Shown: in pieces, positions 50,876 to 62,659 of the stretch
Layout: each line of letters opens with the position of its first letter
Numbering within the stretch: position 1 is the first letter of the stretch
From: Octopus bimaculoides
Lineage: Eukaryota
Direction: 5' to 3'
Assembly: GCF_001194135.2 (NCBI RefSeq)
Contig: NC_068989.1
Span: forward strand, 39,368,642 to 39,432,641
DNA length: 64,000 nucleotides
Made by a program: the position numbers and the translations under genes
The notes under the pieces: model-generated
What the model saw: only the letters and a program-made list of their open reading frames with translations
What the model was told of the DNA's origin: nothing
The model's database searches: none

Positions 50876-51699
50876 AAAATATAAATATAAATAAGATTAT
50901 TTGTCTGCGTTAGGGTGATTTGAAACCTCGAGGATTACATTAGTTACTATAGCCAATTTGAATTTTTTTTTGTTTTTTTTTAATATTCATGACTTGGACT
51001 AGTCTTTCCCTCTTGACTATATAAGCCTGTCATAGACAAAAAAATAATTTCTTTTGTATGTCCTCATGTTTGNNNNNNNNNNNNNNNNNNNNNNNNNNNN
51101 NNNNNNNNNNNNNNNNNNNNNNNNNNNNNNNNNNNNNNNNNNNNNNNNNNNNNNNNNNNNNNNNNNNNNNNNNNNNNNNNNNNNNNNNNNNNATGAACTT
51201 TTGTAAATTTGGTGAGCAGAGACGGATTTTACCTTTGGAAGTCTGCTGTTATTACATGTACCTTGAGGTAAGTACAAGACTTTCTAATATAACTTTAAAT
51301 GATGTTAAATTATTTAAAAGTTTTTTGTCATTGGACTATTATAGTATTTTATTTTACTTCATTTTATCTTATTCTATTTTGCTTTATTTGTCTATTTTGA
51401 ATTTTTAATCGCTTATTTTTATTCGAATTGAAATTATAAAAAGATATATATATATATTGTGTTATATTTTTAACTCAAATTTGATTTACTTGTATGTTAT
51501 TAGAAAAAAAAATATATATATATAAATTTTTATATTGTGTGTTTTATGTTCTATTTTATTTTTTATATATATTTTCTTATGTAGTTGTGGACTTTGATGT
51601 ATTTCTTATATATGACTGTTTATTGAGGGGACTGTTGTATGTTGAGTCGTTGACCCAAATGTAATGCTTTTATTCTGTAACTAATAATTTTAAATATAT

Positions 51700-51925
51700 A
51701 TATATATGTATGTATGTGTTTGTGTGTCTGTGTTTGTCCCCCAAACATCACTTGACAACCGATGCTTGTGTGTTTACGTCCCGTAACTTAACGGTTTGGC
51801 AAAAGAGACCAATAGAATAAGTACTAGGCTTACAAAGAATAAGTCCTGGGTTGATTTGGTCGACTAAAGGCGGTGCTCCAGCATGGTCACAGTCAAATGA
51901 CTGAAACAAGTAAAAGAGTAAAGAG
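51700..51925 (+). mobile_element. SINE family 1 3' module
   Basis: (TA)(TG)n then gtttgtccccc…gtttacgtcccgtaactt…ggcggtgctccagcatgg…gaaacaagtaaaagag. Confidence 0.85.
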
Positions 51926-51982
51926 TAGCTACTTATTGAGGATATAATCATTAACATGATTATATCCTCAATTTATAAGTAC

Positions 51983-52019
<37 letters not shown>

Positions 52020-52168
52020 CAGTTATTGGGCTGTGGTCAGGCCATACTGGTTTGAAGGTTTGATTGATCAAATCAACCCCAGTATTTATTTTGAGTACTT
52101 TATCAATCATTTATGCTGAACCACCAAGTTAAAAGAACATAAATAATCAAACATTGGATGTCAAATGA

Positions 52169-52212
<44 letters not shown>

Positions 52213-54639
52213 TATGCATACACAAAGTTTCTGCAAACCAAATTTGCTCAAAATGCACTGATTAGATTGGAGTTATATAAAAGAGAACACGAGCCCAGTG
52301 TACCCTGTTATATGAGCCTAAGACCACATGACTACAAAATAAACTTCTATACCACAGGAAAGTCTGTGCCTATTTATATAATTACTTTTTTCTTCTTCCT
52401 GTCAAAAGATGAATGTGTGTGTTGAACCTAGAAAAATTATAATTAGAGTCCAAATGCAACTGCAACTAAGTGTTAACATGTTTAATACAGAGAACATTAA
52501 GAAGCATTAAAGAGATGAAGATGAAATTGCGTTTGTCAATGACCAATCATATTTTCGTTAACTGGCAAAGCAAGAGAGTGAAAGATGTTTTCACTTTATT
52601 CTGACCTCTTCAGCAAAATATTGCCTTCACTATACTGTACACCTATATAATAATGAAAGATTTATTAAGTGAATACCTATTTATTGGCAAAAGAAACTAA
52701 GATTTTCTAGAGATAGCATCTGCATGAAAACACAATCGTCAAATTACTGATAAATTTAATGCCTTCTTCAAGTGACCACATTTAAAATACATTTCCCCAT
52801 GCAGTAATCTCTGTTTCCCAATAGCTTTGATGATTTTCAGTTTCACATTGTGTTTCTGCCGATAGTGACAATAGAATTGAAAGGTACTTGTCATTTATAA
52901 AGTAGAAATCTTCAAAATATAACTAGGAAAACAAAATAAACTGGGCATCTCCTGGCAGAAACAATGCTGTTAACCAGTGCTAGAGGGAACAATATATTCA
53001 GAAAGTACTGAAACTATTGTGATATTCAGATGGTGAATGGAACATCCTGCAGTGTCTATTGAGAGCTGTATGTTTCTATATTAGTCATAGACAAAAGTAA
53101 GTACATGACAGATGATGCACGAATTTGTGAAAATTTAAATTTCAGTGATAATGTTAGCAGCAATCACGTTGACTCTGCCTTCTGAAGAAAGGCAGCACCA
53201 TACACAAACATCCTTTCATCCCTGAACATGACTATGAAGATCTAGATGGATAAAGGAATTTCAGTTTTTTACACAAAAGCTAGAAATTTCATATTGGATA
53301 AAAATCACAATAGTAACAATAAAACTAGAATACAGTTATGTTTTTGATAAGAAAGAAAATTACAAGGCTGGCAGGACAGACAGATTGATGAATGGGTAGA
53401 TTGACAGACAGATGAGTAAGTTAATTGGCATATAAATAACTAGAGAGATAATTGACAAATATCAGGAGAGAGACAGATAGTCGGATGGAGAGATGGAGAG
53501 ATCGATAAGACAGACAGATAGAGAGTTAGGTAGACAGATGGATGGACTGATGGATGGACAGATGTATAGATAGATGGATAGATATACTAAAAAAAAATCA
53601 CATATACACTCTTGCATTCATCAGAAATGGTAACTTTTAAACAAATATAAACACTCATAAATTTATTCACACATTGCTAAGTAATATAAAAGTATGAGGA
53701 AGTGGGAACATATTGAGAATGAAACAATTCCCAGCTCCTACTAAACAGCACTTCTGACCAGTTTCCAAGACACAAACCAAACTATGGAGCCACAAAACTG
53801 ATATAAGTGATAACACCATCCCCAAACAGAATTGCACCATAAATATAAATTGTCTATAATTTATAAAATGGCATGGCAGTAATGAAGGCAGCTGTGATGG
53901 TAGTGCTGGAGATGTTGGTAATGAATATAATAGAAACAGTTGTAGTAACACAATAGCATTTATTCCACACTCCAATACTCCAGTAAAATCTTTCCCGACT
54001 CATCCTACCAAACCTCATTTTTTAAAAACTTTTTTTTCCTTTAGTAGTAGTGTTGTTTTAGCTTTTTGACATGAAATTGCCATGAAATATTTATCTATTC
54101 TGAGGATGATAGCTGAAAAATCTATACCACACCAATACCATTACCAACGCCAAAACAAAAAAAAACTTACAAGGCTAAAACCATCATCACTAGTATCATT
54201 ATTAAGATCATTATTATTGATCACATTATTGGCAGTGGTGGTGGTGGTGGTATTAATATAATAATTTGTGTTTGGTAGTGGGGAGAAAAATAATTTTGAT
54301 TACCAAATTATTCTATAATGTTTATGAATGTCATGCCATTTTTTATTTCAATTTCATGTATATATTAATATATACACACACATAAACACTCACAAATCAC
54401 CATTATACGCACTGAAGATAATTGGATACATATGTGTGTGTGGTGGGGGGCGCACATACATACATACATACATACACACACATATATACACACAATTTTT
54501 TTCCTGCAATTAAGTAGAAAGACAGATAGATTGGTAAGACAAACAAGAGTAAACAGAACTTGACAGTCAAGAGCTAATCTCACCCTTCAAGTCACATTCT
54601 GGAAATTTTCTGCTGATGGGAAAGTAAAAATAAAAATTA

Positions 54640-54689
<50 letters not shown>

Positions 54690-55370
54690 NNNNNNNNNNN
54701 NNNNNNNNNNNNNNNNNNNNNNNNNNNNNNNNNNNNNNNNNNNNNNNNNNNNNNNNNNNNNNNNNNNNNNNNNNNNNNNNNNNNNNNNNNNNNNNNNNNN
54801 NNNNNNNNNNNNNNNNNNNNNNNNNNNNNNNNNNNNNNNNNNNNNNNNNNNNNNNNNNNNNNNNNNNNNNNNNNNNNNNNNNNNNNNNNNNNNNNNNNNN
54901 NNNNNNNNNNNNNNNNNNNNNNNNNNNNNNNNNNNNNNNNNNNNNNNNNNNNTAAAGGCAGTGTCCCAGCATGGCCACAGTCAAATGACTGAAAAAGTAA
55001 AACAATAAAAGAATAAAAAAATATATATGCATAGTCATGACAGTGTAAGTAGGAAAAATAGAACTCAAAACATGAATATATTTTTTATTTAGCAGAAGTA
55101 ACAGAGTGACTCAAGGTGAAAGCGTTTGGTGCATTGGCTGTGTCCATCAGGGGGCACCACTTCGAAAAATTTTAAATCAGATGTATTGACCCTAGTGAAT
55201 ATTTTTTTGAAAGCCTAGTACTTATTCTATCAGCCTCTTTTGCAGAACTACTAAGTTACAGGAAAGTAAACACACCTTCACCAGATGTCAAGCAGTGGTG
55301 GGGGGACACAAATACAGACAGAAAGACACACACACACACATATAATAATATATAAATATATGCATATATA

Positions 55371-56291
55371 CATACATATATGTACATACCTACATATATA
55401 TGTATATATACATGCATATATTGGTAATGGACATAAAAAAAACGTCGGCAAAATGAGAAATGAGAACATAAAAAACAAAAACATAGAAAATGGACTTTTT
55501 TTTCAAACAACAAGAAAACAAACAGAGAAACGAGACATGCGACATAAGAACATTCCCTTCATCAGTTGTCCCCTGTTTTATCTACTCCACATTTTGAAAA
55601 TAAGTAAAAGACACGACTTCATTAAAACAGTCCTTCCCGTAAAACAAATTAAATAAAATTTGGGATTTTTTGTGGAGGGTGAAAGTGGTAACAAAAACAG
55701 GACAGTGAATACAAAACAGTAAAAACAAACAGTGAGGGCTGTTAAACCAAGACGATGTGAAGTAATGAACGCTGGAAAAATGAGCTTTGAGAAGGGACAG
55801 ATAAAAGCATGTTTTGTCTAGGAAGGAAGTGGAAGAAAAAAGAGGGATGGCCGTTGGTCATGTGTGAGCAACAAGAGAGTCAAGGAGGAAGAGTGAGAGA
55901 GAGAGAGGGAATGGTGAAGAGGAGAGGAGAAGAATAGGGAAAGGGTGGGAGAGAAAAACAGAAACGAAGAACAAGAGAGGGAGATAGATAGACAGAAAAG
56001 ATATAGAATAAGAGTGCACATTGTAATTATTAAGATAAAACTTACTTGGAAAAAGGATACGTTGCATTTGAATATATAATAATATAAATAATATATAAAT
56101 ATATGCATGTATACATATTTATATGTACATACCTACATATGTATATATACATGCATATATGGGTACAGGACATCAAACAAACGTAGGCAAAATGAGAAAC
56201 GAGAGCATAAAAAACAAAAACATAGAAAACGACCTATTTTTCGAACAATAAAAAGAACAGAGAAACGAGACGTGCAACATAAAGAACATTC
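55371..56291. repeat. ~185-bp direct duplication (55371-55555 and 56112-56291) of an interspersed repeat
   Basis: Both copies read …catgcatatat(t/g)ggta…ggcaaaatgagaaa…aaacaaaaacatagaaaa…agagaaacgagac…aagaacattc. Confidence 0.8.
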
Positions 56292-57069
56292 ATATACAGA
56301 TATATGATAGGTTTTTCTCTGTTTCCATCTATCAAATCTACTCACAATGTTCTGGTTGTGCTCCACAGCTATAGCAGAAGCCCCTTGTCTAAGATGCCAC
56401 AGAGTGGGACTGAATCTTGATCTATCTATCTATCTATCTATACGTACATATATANNNNNNNNNNNNNNNNNNNNNNNNNNNNNNNNNNNNNNNNNNNNNN
56501 NNNNNNTATATGAGAGGTATTGGTATCTAGATCACCCAAGGAATGTCAGGTAATGCTAAGTAAGTGCTCTGGACAGACAGTAGTTAAACTCTTGGTTTGA
56601 AAACTCCTCACAGCCTTGGCTTTGTTATCTCATTCTGTCTTATATCATCATCATCATCGTTTAACGTCCGCTTTCCATGCTAGCATGGGTTGGACGATTT
56701 GACTGAGGACTGGTGAAACCGGATGGCCACACCAGGCTCCAATCTAATTTGGCAGAGTTTCTACAGCTGGATGCCCTTCCTAACGCCAACGATATATATA
56801 TACACTATTCAAAATATACAAAAGATACCCCAAAACACAGTGACAGGTGAAAGAACAACAAATAGGATGTGTTAGTTTAATGCTCAGGAAAAACGGAAGA
56901 ACTTTTTAGCATTTTGAGACCATGCAGTTCTACAGAAAGAAATGAGGAGAGAAAACAGATGGAGAGAGAAAAGAATCCAGTGAAAATAATGTGTCTGAAC
57001 TTGCAGTGCTATGTGTTGAATTGACTGGGAGGAAGCGGCTGGAGATATGGCTGACAAGGGATACAACAG

Positions 57070-57655
57070 TCACCTAGTGAGTGTGTGTGTGTGTACACAA
57101 GCATGTGTGCATGTGTATATATATGGGCGAGTCTGTGTATGTGTGTGTGTGGGCAAGTACATGTGTGAGTATGAAAACTGTAAGTATGGCTATATGTATG
57201 CATGAGAGTATGTATGTGTATGTTTTTGAGTGTGTGTGTGTGGACGCACGCATGCTCATACGAGCAAGTATGTATGTGAAGTGATGTGTGCATGTGCTCT
57301 GTGTATGTGAACGTGTGTATATGTGTGTGGACGTGTGTATATCTGTGTGGGTGTGAGGCTGTCTAACGTGTGTGCAAGCACGTATGTGTAGAGGCTATTG
57401 TGTGTGTGTGTCTGTGCGTGTATTATGTGTGAGTAGCATGTGTGCATGCATGTGTGATTTTTGTCCATTTTAGGTGTGTGTAAGAGGCAGTTGGACGTGT
57501 GTCTGTGCATACATTTGTGTGTGTGTGTGTGCTTGCACGTGTGTGTGAGGCTGTTGAATGCATGTCTATTTTTGTATGAATATTGTGTGTTAATGCATGT
57601 GAGTATGTATGTGGGCAAGTGTGCATGTCCCTATTTTCAGTCAGTGTGTTATTAT
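57070..57655. repeat. Degenerate (GT)/(GC)-rich low-complexity tract
   Basis: tgtgtg/gcatgt-derived repeats; source of His/Thr- and Cys/Val-rich pseudo-ORFs. Confidence 0.85.
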
Positions 57656-58067
57656 GGGGCTTAATGTAGTTCTCAGAGAGATTCAGGATGACAAAGAATG
57701 AGACAAGGCTGGCCATTTGAAACACAGGTGCTGCTCATCTTTGCCAGCTGGGTGGACAGGAGCAACATAAAATAAACTGTCTTGCTCAAGGACACAACAT
57801 ATCACCAGGTGCCAAACTCTCAACCTCACAATCTTGAGCTAAGAACCCTGAGCACTTAGCCACATACCTTCATTGTTTGAAATGGTAACAGTATTTAGAC
57901 ATACATATTCCCAAACAATATACCTTTTCTGTCCTGTTATCTTGTTTCTTTGCATCAGGTGTAACTGAGTAGTTGTCCACACCATGCCATATTAACAGTT
58001 ATTTTGTTCCTTTGATGATGAATAATAAGGAGATGTTCTGATTTGTTTTTAATATTCCACCTGCTGA

Positions 58068-58280
58068 AGGTAGTGAGCTGGCAGAACCATTAGCTTCCCA
58101 AACAAGTTTCTTAGAGGCACTCCATCCGTATTTACTTTCTGAGTTAAAATTCTGCCAATGCTGACCTTGCTTTTCTTCCTGTCAGGGTCAATAAAATAAG
58201 CGCCAATTGAGCATTGGGATTGATGTAATCGACTCACTCCCTAACCTAGAATTGCTGGCCTTGTGCCAAAATTTGAGAGC
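58068..58280 (+). mobile_element. SINE family 3 copy
   Basis: aggtagtgagctggcagaacc…ttctgagttaaaattctgcc…gaattgctggccttgtgccaaaatttg. Confidence 0.7.
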
Positions 58281-59448
58281 AATTCCAAAAATTCAATGTT
58301 TTCAAACCGTGTGCCATATACACTATGAACAAAGCCTGTGACACTGGATGAGGGGAATAATGAGGATAAACATCAAATGAAAGCTTAAAAATTTGCTAGA
58401 GTAATTTGGGTGCTGTTAACGCATTACCTATTTTAGTTATTATTTAGCATTCTACAATATCAAGTGACTGCCACTGTTGATAGAATAATTTGGTCAGTTG
58501 TAAATATGAGGTTTTTATATACATCACACAGTCTAGTTTTCTCTTTGTTGTGTTTTCTTAATACGTTTTTGATATTCGAACTTTTTCTCTCCAAACCAGA
58601 GTTCCATATCTTTGAGAACTCTTGGCGTGTGTGTGTGTGTGTGTGTACAGGTGTGTGCTCATTATTTGATATTTGATTATCTCTAGCAATTGCAGAAATT
58701 CTACTTAAAGCAACTGTAACCAAATTCTTTCCTTCCTGTGAGTATTGTATTTCATACACGAGTTTAAGATGTAGTGTCTAACAACACAGTTTAGCACTTT
58801 TAATGGTTAAAAGTACAAAAAGTAGGTAAGGTTGTCATTCCAATAAGTGATGGCTATCCTTATTTATCAGTAAAAAGTTTGAATCTTTGTAGTAACAGGT
58901 AATGTCACAATGTAATTGATTTGTCTCGGACATCTGACTGAACAGCCAGACATTTCTTTCCAATATCATTCAATTGATATGAATAGAAGCAAATTGGTTA
59001 CCTATTTTACATTAGAACAAAGCCTATTGATGTTACAGATGCAACCATTTCAAGAGGAGGTATGGACCAGGTGTTGACACTGATAATGAAGCCATTACAA
59101 CACTCCTTTCAATTTCTTAATTGCATAAAGACATTTGGTCAATAATGAGAGGCATTGATATCTTTTAGCTACAATTTCAGTAAAACTTGTCATCCATTTG
59201 GAATACCATACAATTAACCTAACAAAACATTCAAATTCTTTGGAGACTCCAAGCAGCAGAAGCTGAAATAGTGACCACAGTCTGTTGAAATCTGACAGTA
59301 ACTGGATTTCTAAAAGAACGAAGGTGCAGTGTAACTGACTCATTGTTCCTTGTTGACATTTTTAGAAATCTGTAAGAGTCCTTACTGCTTTGGCACTTTT
59401 GAGAAAAACTTGCAAATTTTCATAATGGATCCAATTATTTTCTCCACA

Positions 59449-59609
59449 TAGGCACAGACATGGTCGTGTTGTAAGAAATTTGCTTCCCAGCCACATGGTT
59501 CAGGGTTCAGTCCCACTGTGTAGCACCTTGGGCAAGTGTCTTCTACTATAGCCTCAGGCCAACCAAAGCCATGTGAGTGGATTTGGTAGACAGAAACAGA
59601 GAGAAGCCC

Positions 59610-59612
<3 letters not shown>
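59449..59612 (+). mobile_element. SINE family 1 head (tail remnant at 60240-60357)
   Basis: ggcacagacatggtcgtgttgtaagaaatttgcttcccagccac…gagaagcccgcc(TA)n. Confidence 0.8.
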
Positions 59613-59651
<39 letters not shown>

Positions 59652-59669
59652 TACCAACACACACACATG

Positions 59670-60183
59670 CCAACACCAAAGTCCTTAACTGAGCCAAGAT
59701 ACCCAACATACACATCTTGCTCCAGCAGTGTCATTTGTGCTTGCTCAGTCATGTTCATCACATGCCAGACGGAAGGATCCCAAAGAACTCCTGTATGGGG
59801 AATTGGTTACTGGCACAAGAGCACAAGGACAACCTTATCTTCATTTCAAAGCTGTCTGTAAGAGAGATATGAAGTCGCTTGATCTGGACGTTCTGCGATG
59901 GCTGGAGTCTGCAAATGATCACCCACACTGGAGGCAAATATTGCAAAAGGGAATGAAGAAAGCAGTAGAAAAACTGGTACTTGCCATCAAAGAAAAGCAC
60001 ACTTGACAGACGGGAAAATCAGCAGCACCGGCAGAGAGCTCCTTCAAATACAGTCACTGTATGCACGACTGCCACTCCTGTGTGGGCCTGTGCAGCCACA
60101 TCAGATGCTGCACCACCATCAGCAGTTGACATGATTTCTTTCGGTGCAAATCCATAGCCTCTTGAGACCGACAGATGCCTACT
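59670..60183 (+). mobile_element. RTE LINE 3' fragment inserted in the SINE microsatellite
   Basis: RKDPKELLYGELVTGTRAQGQPYLHFKAVCKRDMKSLDLD…W…DHPHWRQ is a typical RTE C-terminal region; it ends …gaccgacagatgccta. Confidence 0.85.
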
Positions 60184-60718
60184 ATATATATATCTATGTA
60201 TGTATGTGTGTGTGTGTGTGTGTGTGCATGCGTGTGTGTGTACTAAGCTTAAAAAAAGGTAAGTCTTTCGATTGATTTGTTTGACTAAGCAAACCCTTCA
60301 AGATGGTGTTCCAACATGGCCACAGTCAAATGACTGATGCAAGTAAAAGAATAAAAGCAAAGAATATCACTGCATCAAAGTAATTAGCCATCTCCTTTAA
60401 GCCATAAATAATTTTTCTCATTGCATTGCTGAAATGAAGTACTCCATTTTCTCACTCCAAAAGAGTTAATGACACCATCATTTTAACATTCATCTTTCCT
60501 TGCTTGAATAAACCAGATTAGATTCACAGATGCAGATTTACTATAGCCAGATGCCTTTCCTGCTACCAATCCTCACTTGGTTTTTTAGCAAGGTAATATT
60601 TCCTTATGGTCAGATGTTTACATGGAAGATTGGAATCCAATGATGTCACTTGTATAACATTGTATAACATTTACATTATTTACATTTGACGGATATTTGT
60701 CCTCACCTTGTTTGTTGT

Positions 60719-60766
60719 TAACACGACGTTTCAACTGATATACCCTCCAGCCTTCATCAGGTGTCA
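60719..60766 (-). ncRNA. Minimal type I hammerhead ribozyme, core intact, GUC cleavage triplet
   Basis: Minus strand: UGACAC-CUGAUGA-A-GGCUG(GAGGGUAUAU)CAGUU-GAAA-CGUC^-GUGUUA. Stem I is 6 bp, stem II is 5 bp (two G.U), and stem III is a palindromic ACGU. Confidence 0.78.
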
Positions 60767-61022
60767 TGGGGAAATTTCGTACCTGGGTTCTCATTCCTAA
60801 TTTTCGATGTTGTGGTTATTATTATTATTATTATTATTATTCAGGTCACTGCTTGGAATCGAACTCGGAATCTTGGGGTTAGTAGCCCGTGTTCTTAACC
60901 CCGAGATTCTGAGTTCGTTTCCAAGCAGTGCCCTGAATAATAATAATAATAATAATGATAATAATAATAATAACATTGAAAAATACCTTAGGAATGAGAA
61001 CCCAGGTTCGAAATTTCTCCAA

Positions 61023-61068
61023 GACACCTGATGAAGACTGGAGAGTATATCAGCTAAAACTTTGTGTT
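61023..61068 (+). ncRNA. Degenerate hammerhead copy (GAAA changed to AAAA, stem III broken)
   Basis: gacac-ctgatga-a-gactg…cagct-aaaa-cttt-gtgtt. Confidence 0.6.
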
Positions 61069-61356
61069 AACAACAAACAAGATGAGGACAAATATCCATC
61101 AAATGTAAATAATGTACATAATTCCTCATCACTTAAATATAGAACTGTATGACTCATTTACAGTTATCACATGTGTCAAGATGAGACATGCCCATGCACT
61201 AACACTTTCAGTGTCCATCTACAAAATCCTCTCACAAGACTTTAGTTGAGCAAAGATTATTGTAGAAGACACTTGCCCAAGCTGCCACACTGCATAGTTG
61301 AGCCCCAAACCATATGGTTAGAAAACAAACTTTTTATACACACAACCATGCCATTA

Positions 61357-61434
<78 letters not shown>

Positions 61435-62659
61435 ACTACTTATTTGCTTCATGGACAGTAAAATGTTGCTCTTGGATAGGTATAGTCATTTGATAATATA
61501 CTGAACAATTGTCCTAGAGTACTGAAATAACAATATCCATGAACTGGCTTAAAACACTATTGTCTCTAATGAGTGGAATGAGGGATGCATTTAGCTTTTT
61601 TTTTTCTACTAATAATAAGTGCATAATCACTAGATGCCCTTTGCCACTTCATTTGATGACTACAACTTGAGAATACCTTCATGATTTTGAAAATATTTCT
61701 TTCTCAGTCAAAAGTTTATTATTTATCACTAGCAAATTTGCTGTCTTAAATACAATGATTCTAAGTGGAGCAGAGTATGGCCATTGTTTCTGTAGAAAAT
61801 GATAAGCTTGAATCAGTAAATATTTGAAATTTTGAAGGTTTATCAGTTACGCTATAAAGTTTCTGATCAACACAAATAGCAGACACAGTTAAGGGTGATA
61901 GTTTAGCATCAAATTCAGTCTGAAGAGACTAATATCGTGATAATGCAGAGATAAGCAGAATCAGAAATTCCAGACAGCAAGATCTTCAACTACTAAGCAG
62001 TAAGTGTTTATTTCAATGTTTAGAATCCAATTATATTAAACTTGTTTCCATCAACAGGCTGCACGTTAAGAGGATTTACAGTAAATTTGATATCAAGCTT
62101 TTTTCACAATGTCTTTGTGAACCAAAGACAATTCTCCGTGAACAAGTTGTGTGAATTTATAGTACCAGAAACAAGTTTTTGTTTCAGTGTTTCATGCATT
62201 GATGTGGTTAATACTATTGGTTCCCAATAAATATTTGCAGACTATCCTATCATTTCATAATTAAGACGTTGTCAATAGTGGGACATATTATTTATGTCAA
62301 TATAAAGATTTTACTAGCTTACTCATCATTATTTAGCAACTGTTTTCCATGCTAGCATGGATAAGATGGTTTGACTGGAGCTGATAAACCAGAGAGCTAC
62401 ACCAGGCTCCAGTCTGTTTTGGCTTGGTTTCTATGGCCAGATGCCCCTCCTAATACCAACCACTTTATAGAGTGTACTGAGTGTCTTCTACATGTCACTG
62501 GCACAGGTGCCTTTTACATGTCTCTGACACAGGTGTCTATCACATGTCACTGGCATGGGTACCTTTCATGTCTCATTGGCACTGTCCAGCTTGATGTATC
62601 TTCTTAAGCACAGCAAATTGCCAGAAGTCTTAGTCACTTTTCATTGCCTCCATGAGGAA

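Larger units (their letters stand above)
49405..51691 (+). mobile_element. Penelope-like element: GIY-YIG fragment between ~700-bp inverted pseudo-LTRs
   Basis: 49493-50211 is the reverse complement of 51027-51691 (right arm contains an N gap). The central ORF carries VIYKCVVKDEDNSNKFYIGST. Confidence 0.9.
2103..56506. other. Assembly gaps (N runs) at 2103-2112, 7753-7852, 10108-10420, 33144-33264, 51073-51192, 54690-54952 and 56455-56506
   Basis: Directly visible; most are flanked by (TA)n, as is typical of short-read scaffolds. Confidence 0.99.
60669..61145. mobile_element. Inverted, tails-outward pair of tRNA-head/(AAT)n/hammerhead-tail elements
   Basis: Minus copy 60900-60669 and plus copy 60901-61145 (head truncated); both are homologous to 24658-24896. 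Confidence 0.9.

Noticed and set aside
52790-52860. Possible minus-strand exon xTQCETENHQSYWETEITAWGN that would bridge the phases of the candidate gene
   Set aside because: Weak donor (AAT|gtattt) and mediocre acceptor; phase compatibility alone is insufficient.
55420-55580. Minus-strand CTGATGA with a distant possible stem I partner (ctgtaccc in the 56161 copy)
   Set aside because: No GAAA before the putative GTC site in either copy, so a hammerhead cannot be drawn.
60841-60900. tRNA gene
   Set aside because: No acceptor stem or complete D arm; it is a tRNA-derived repeat head.
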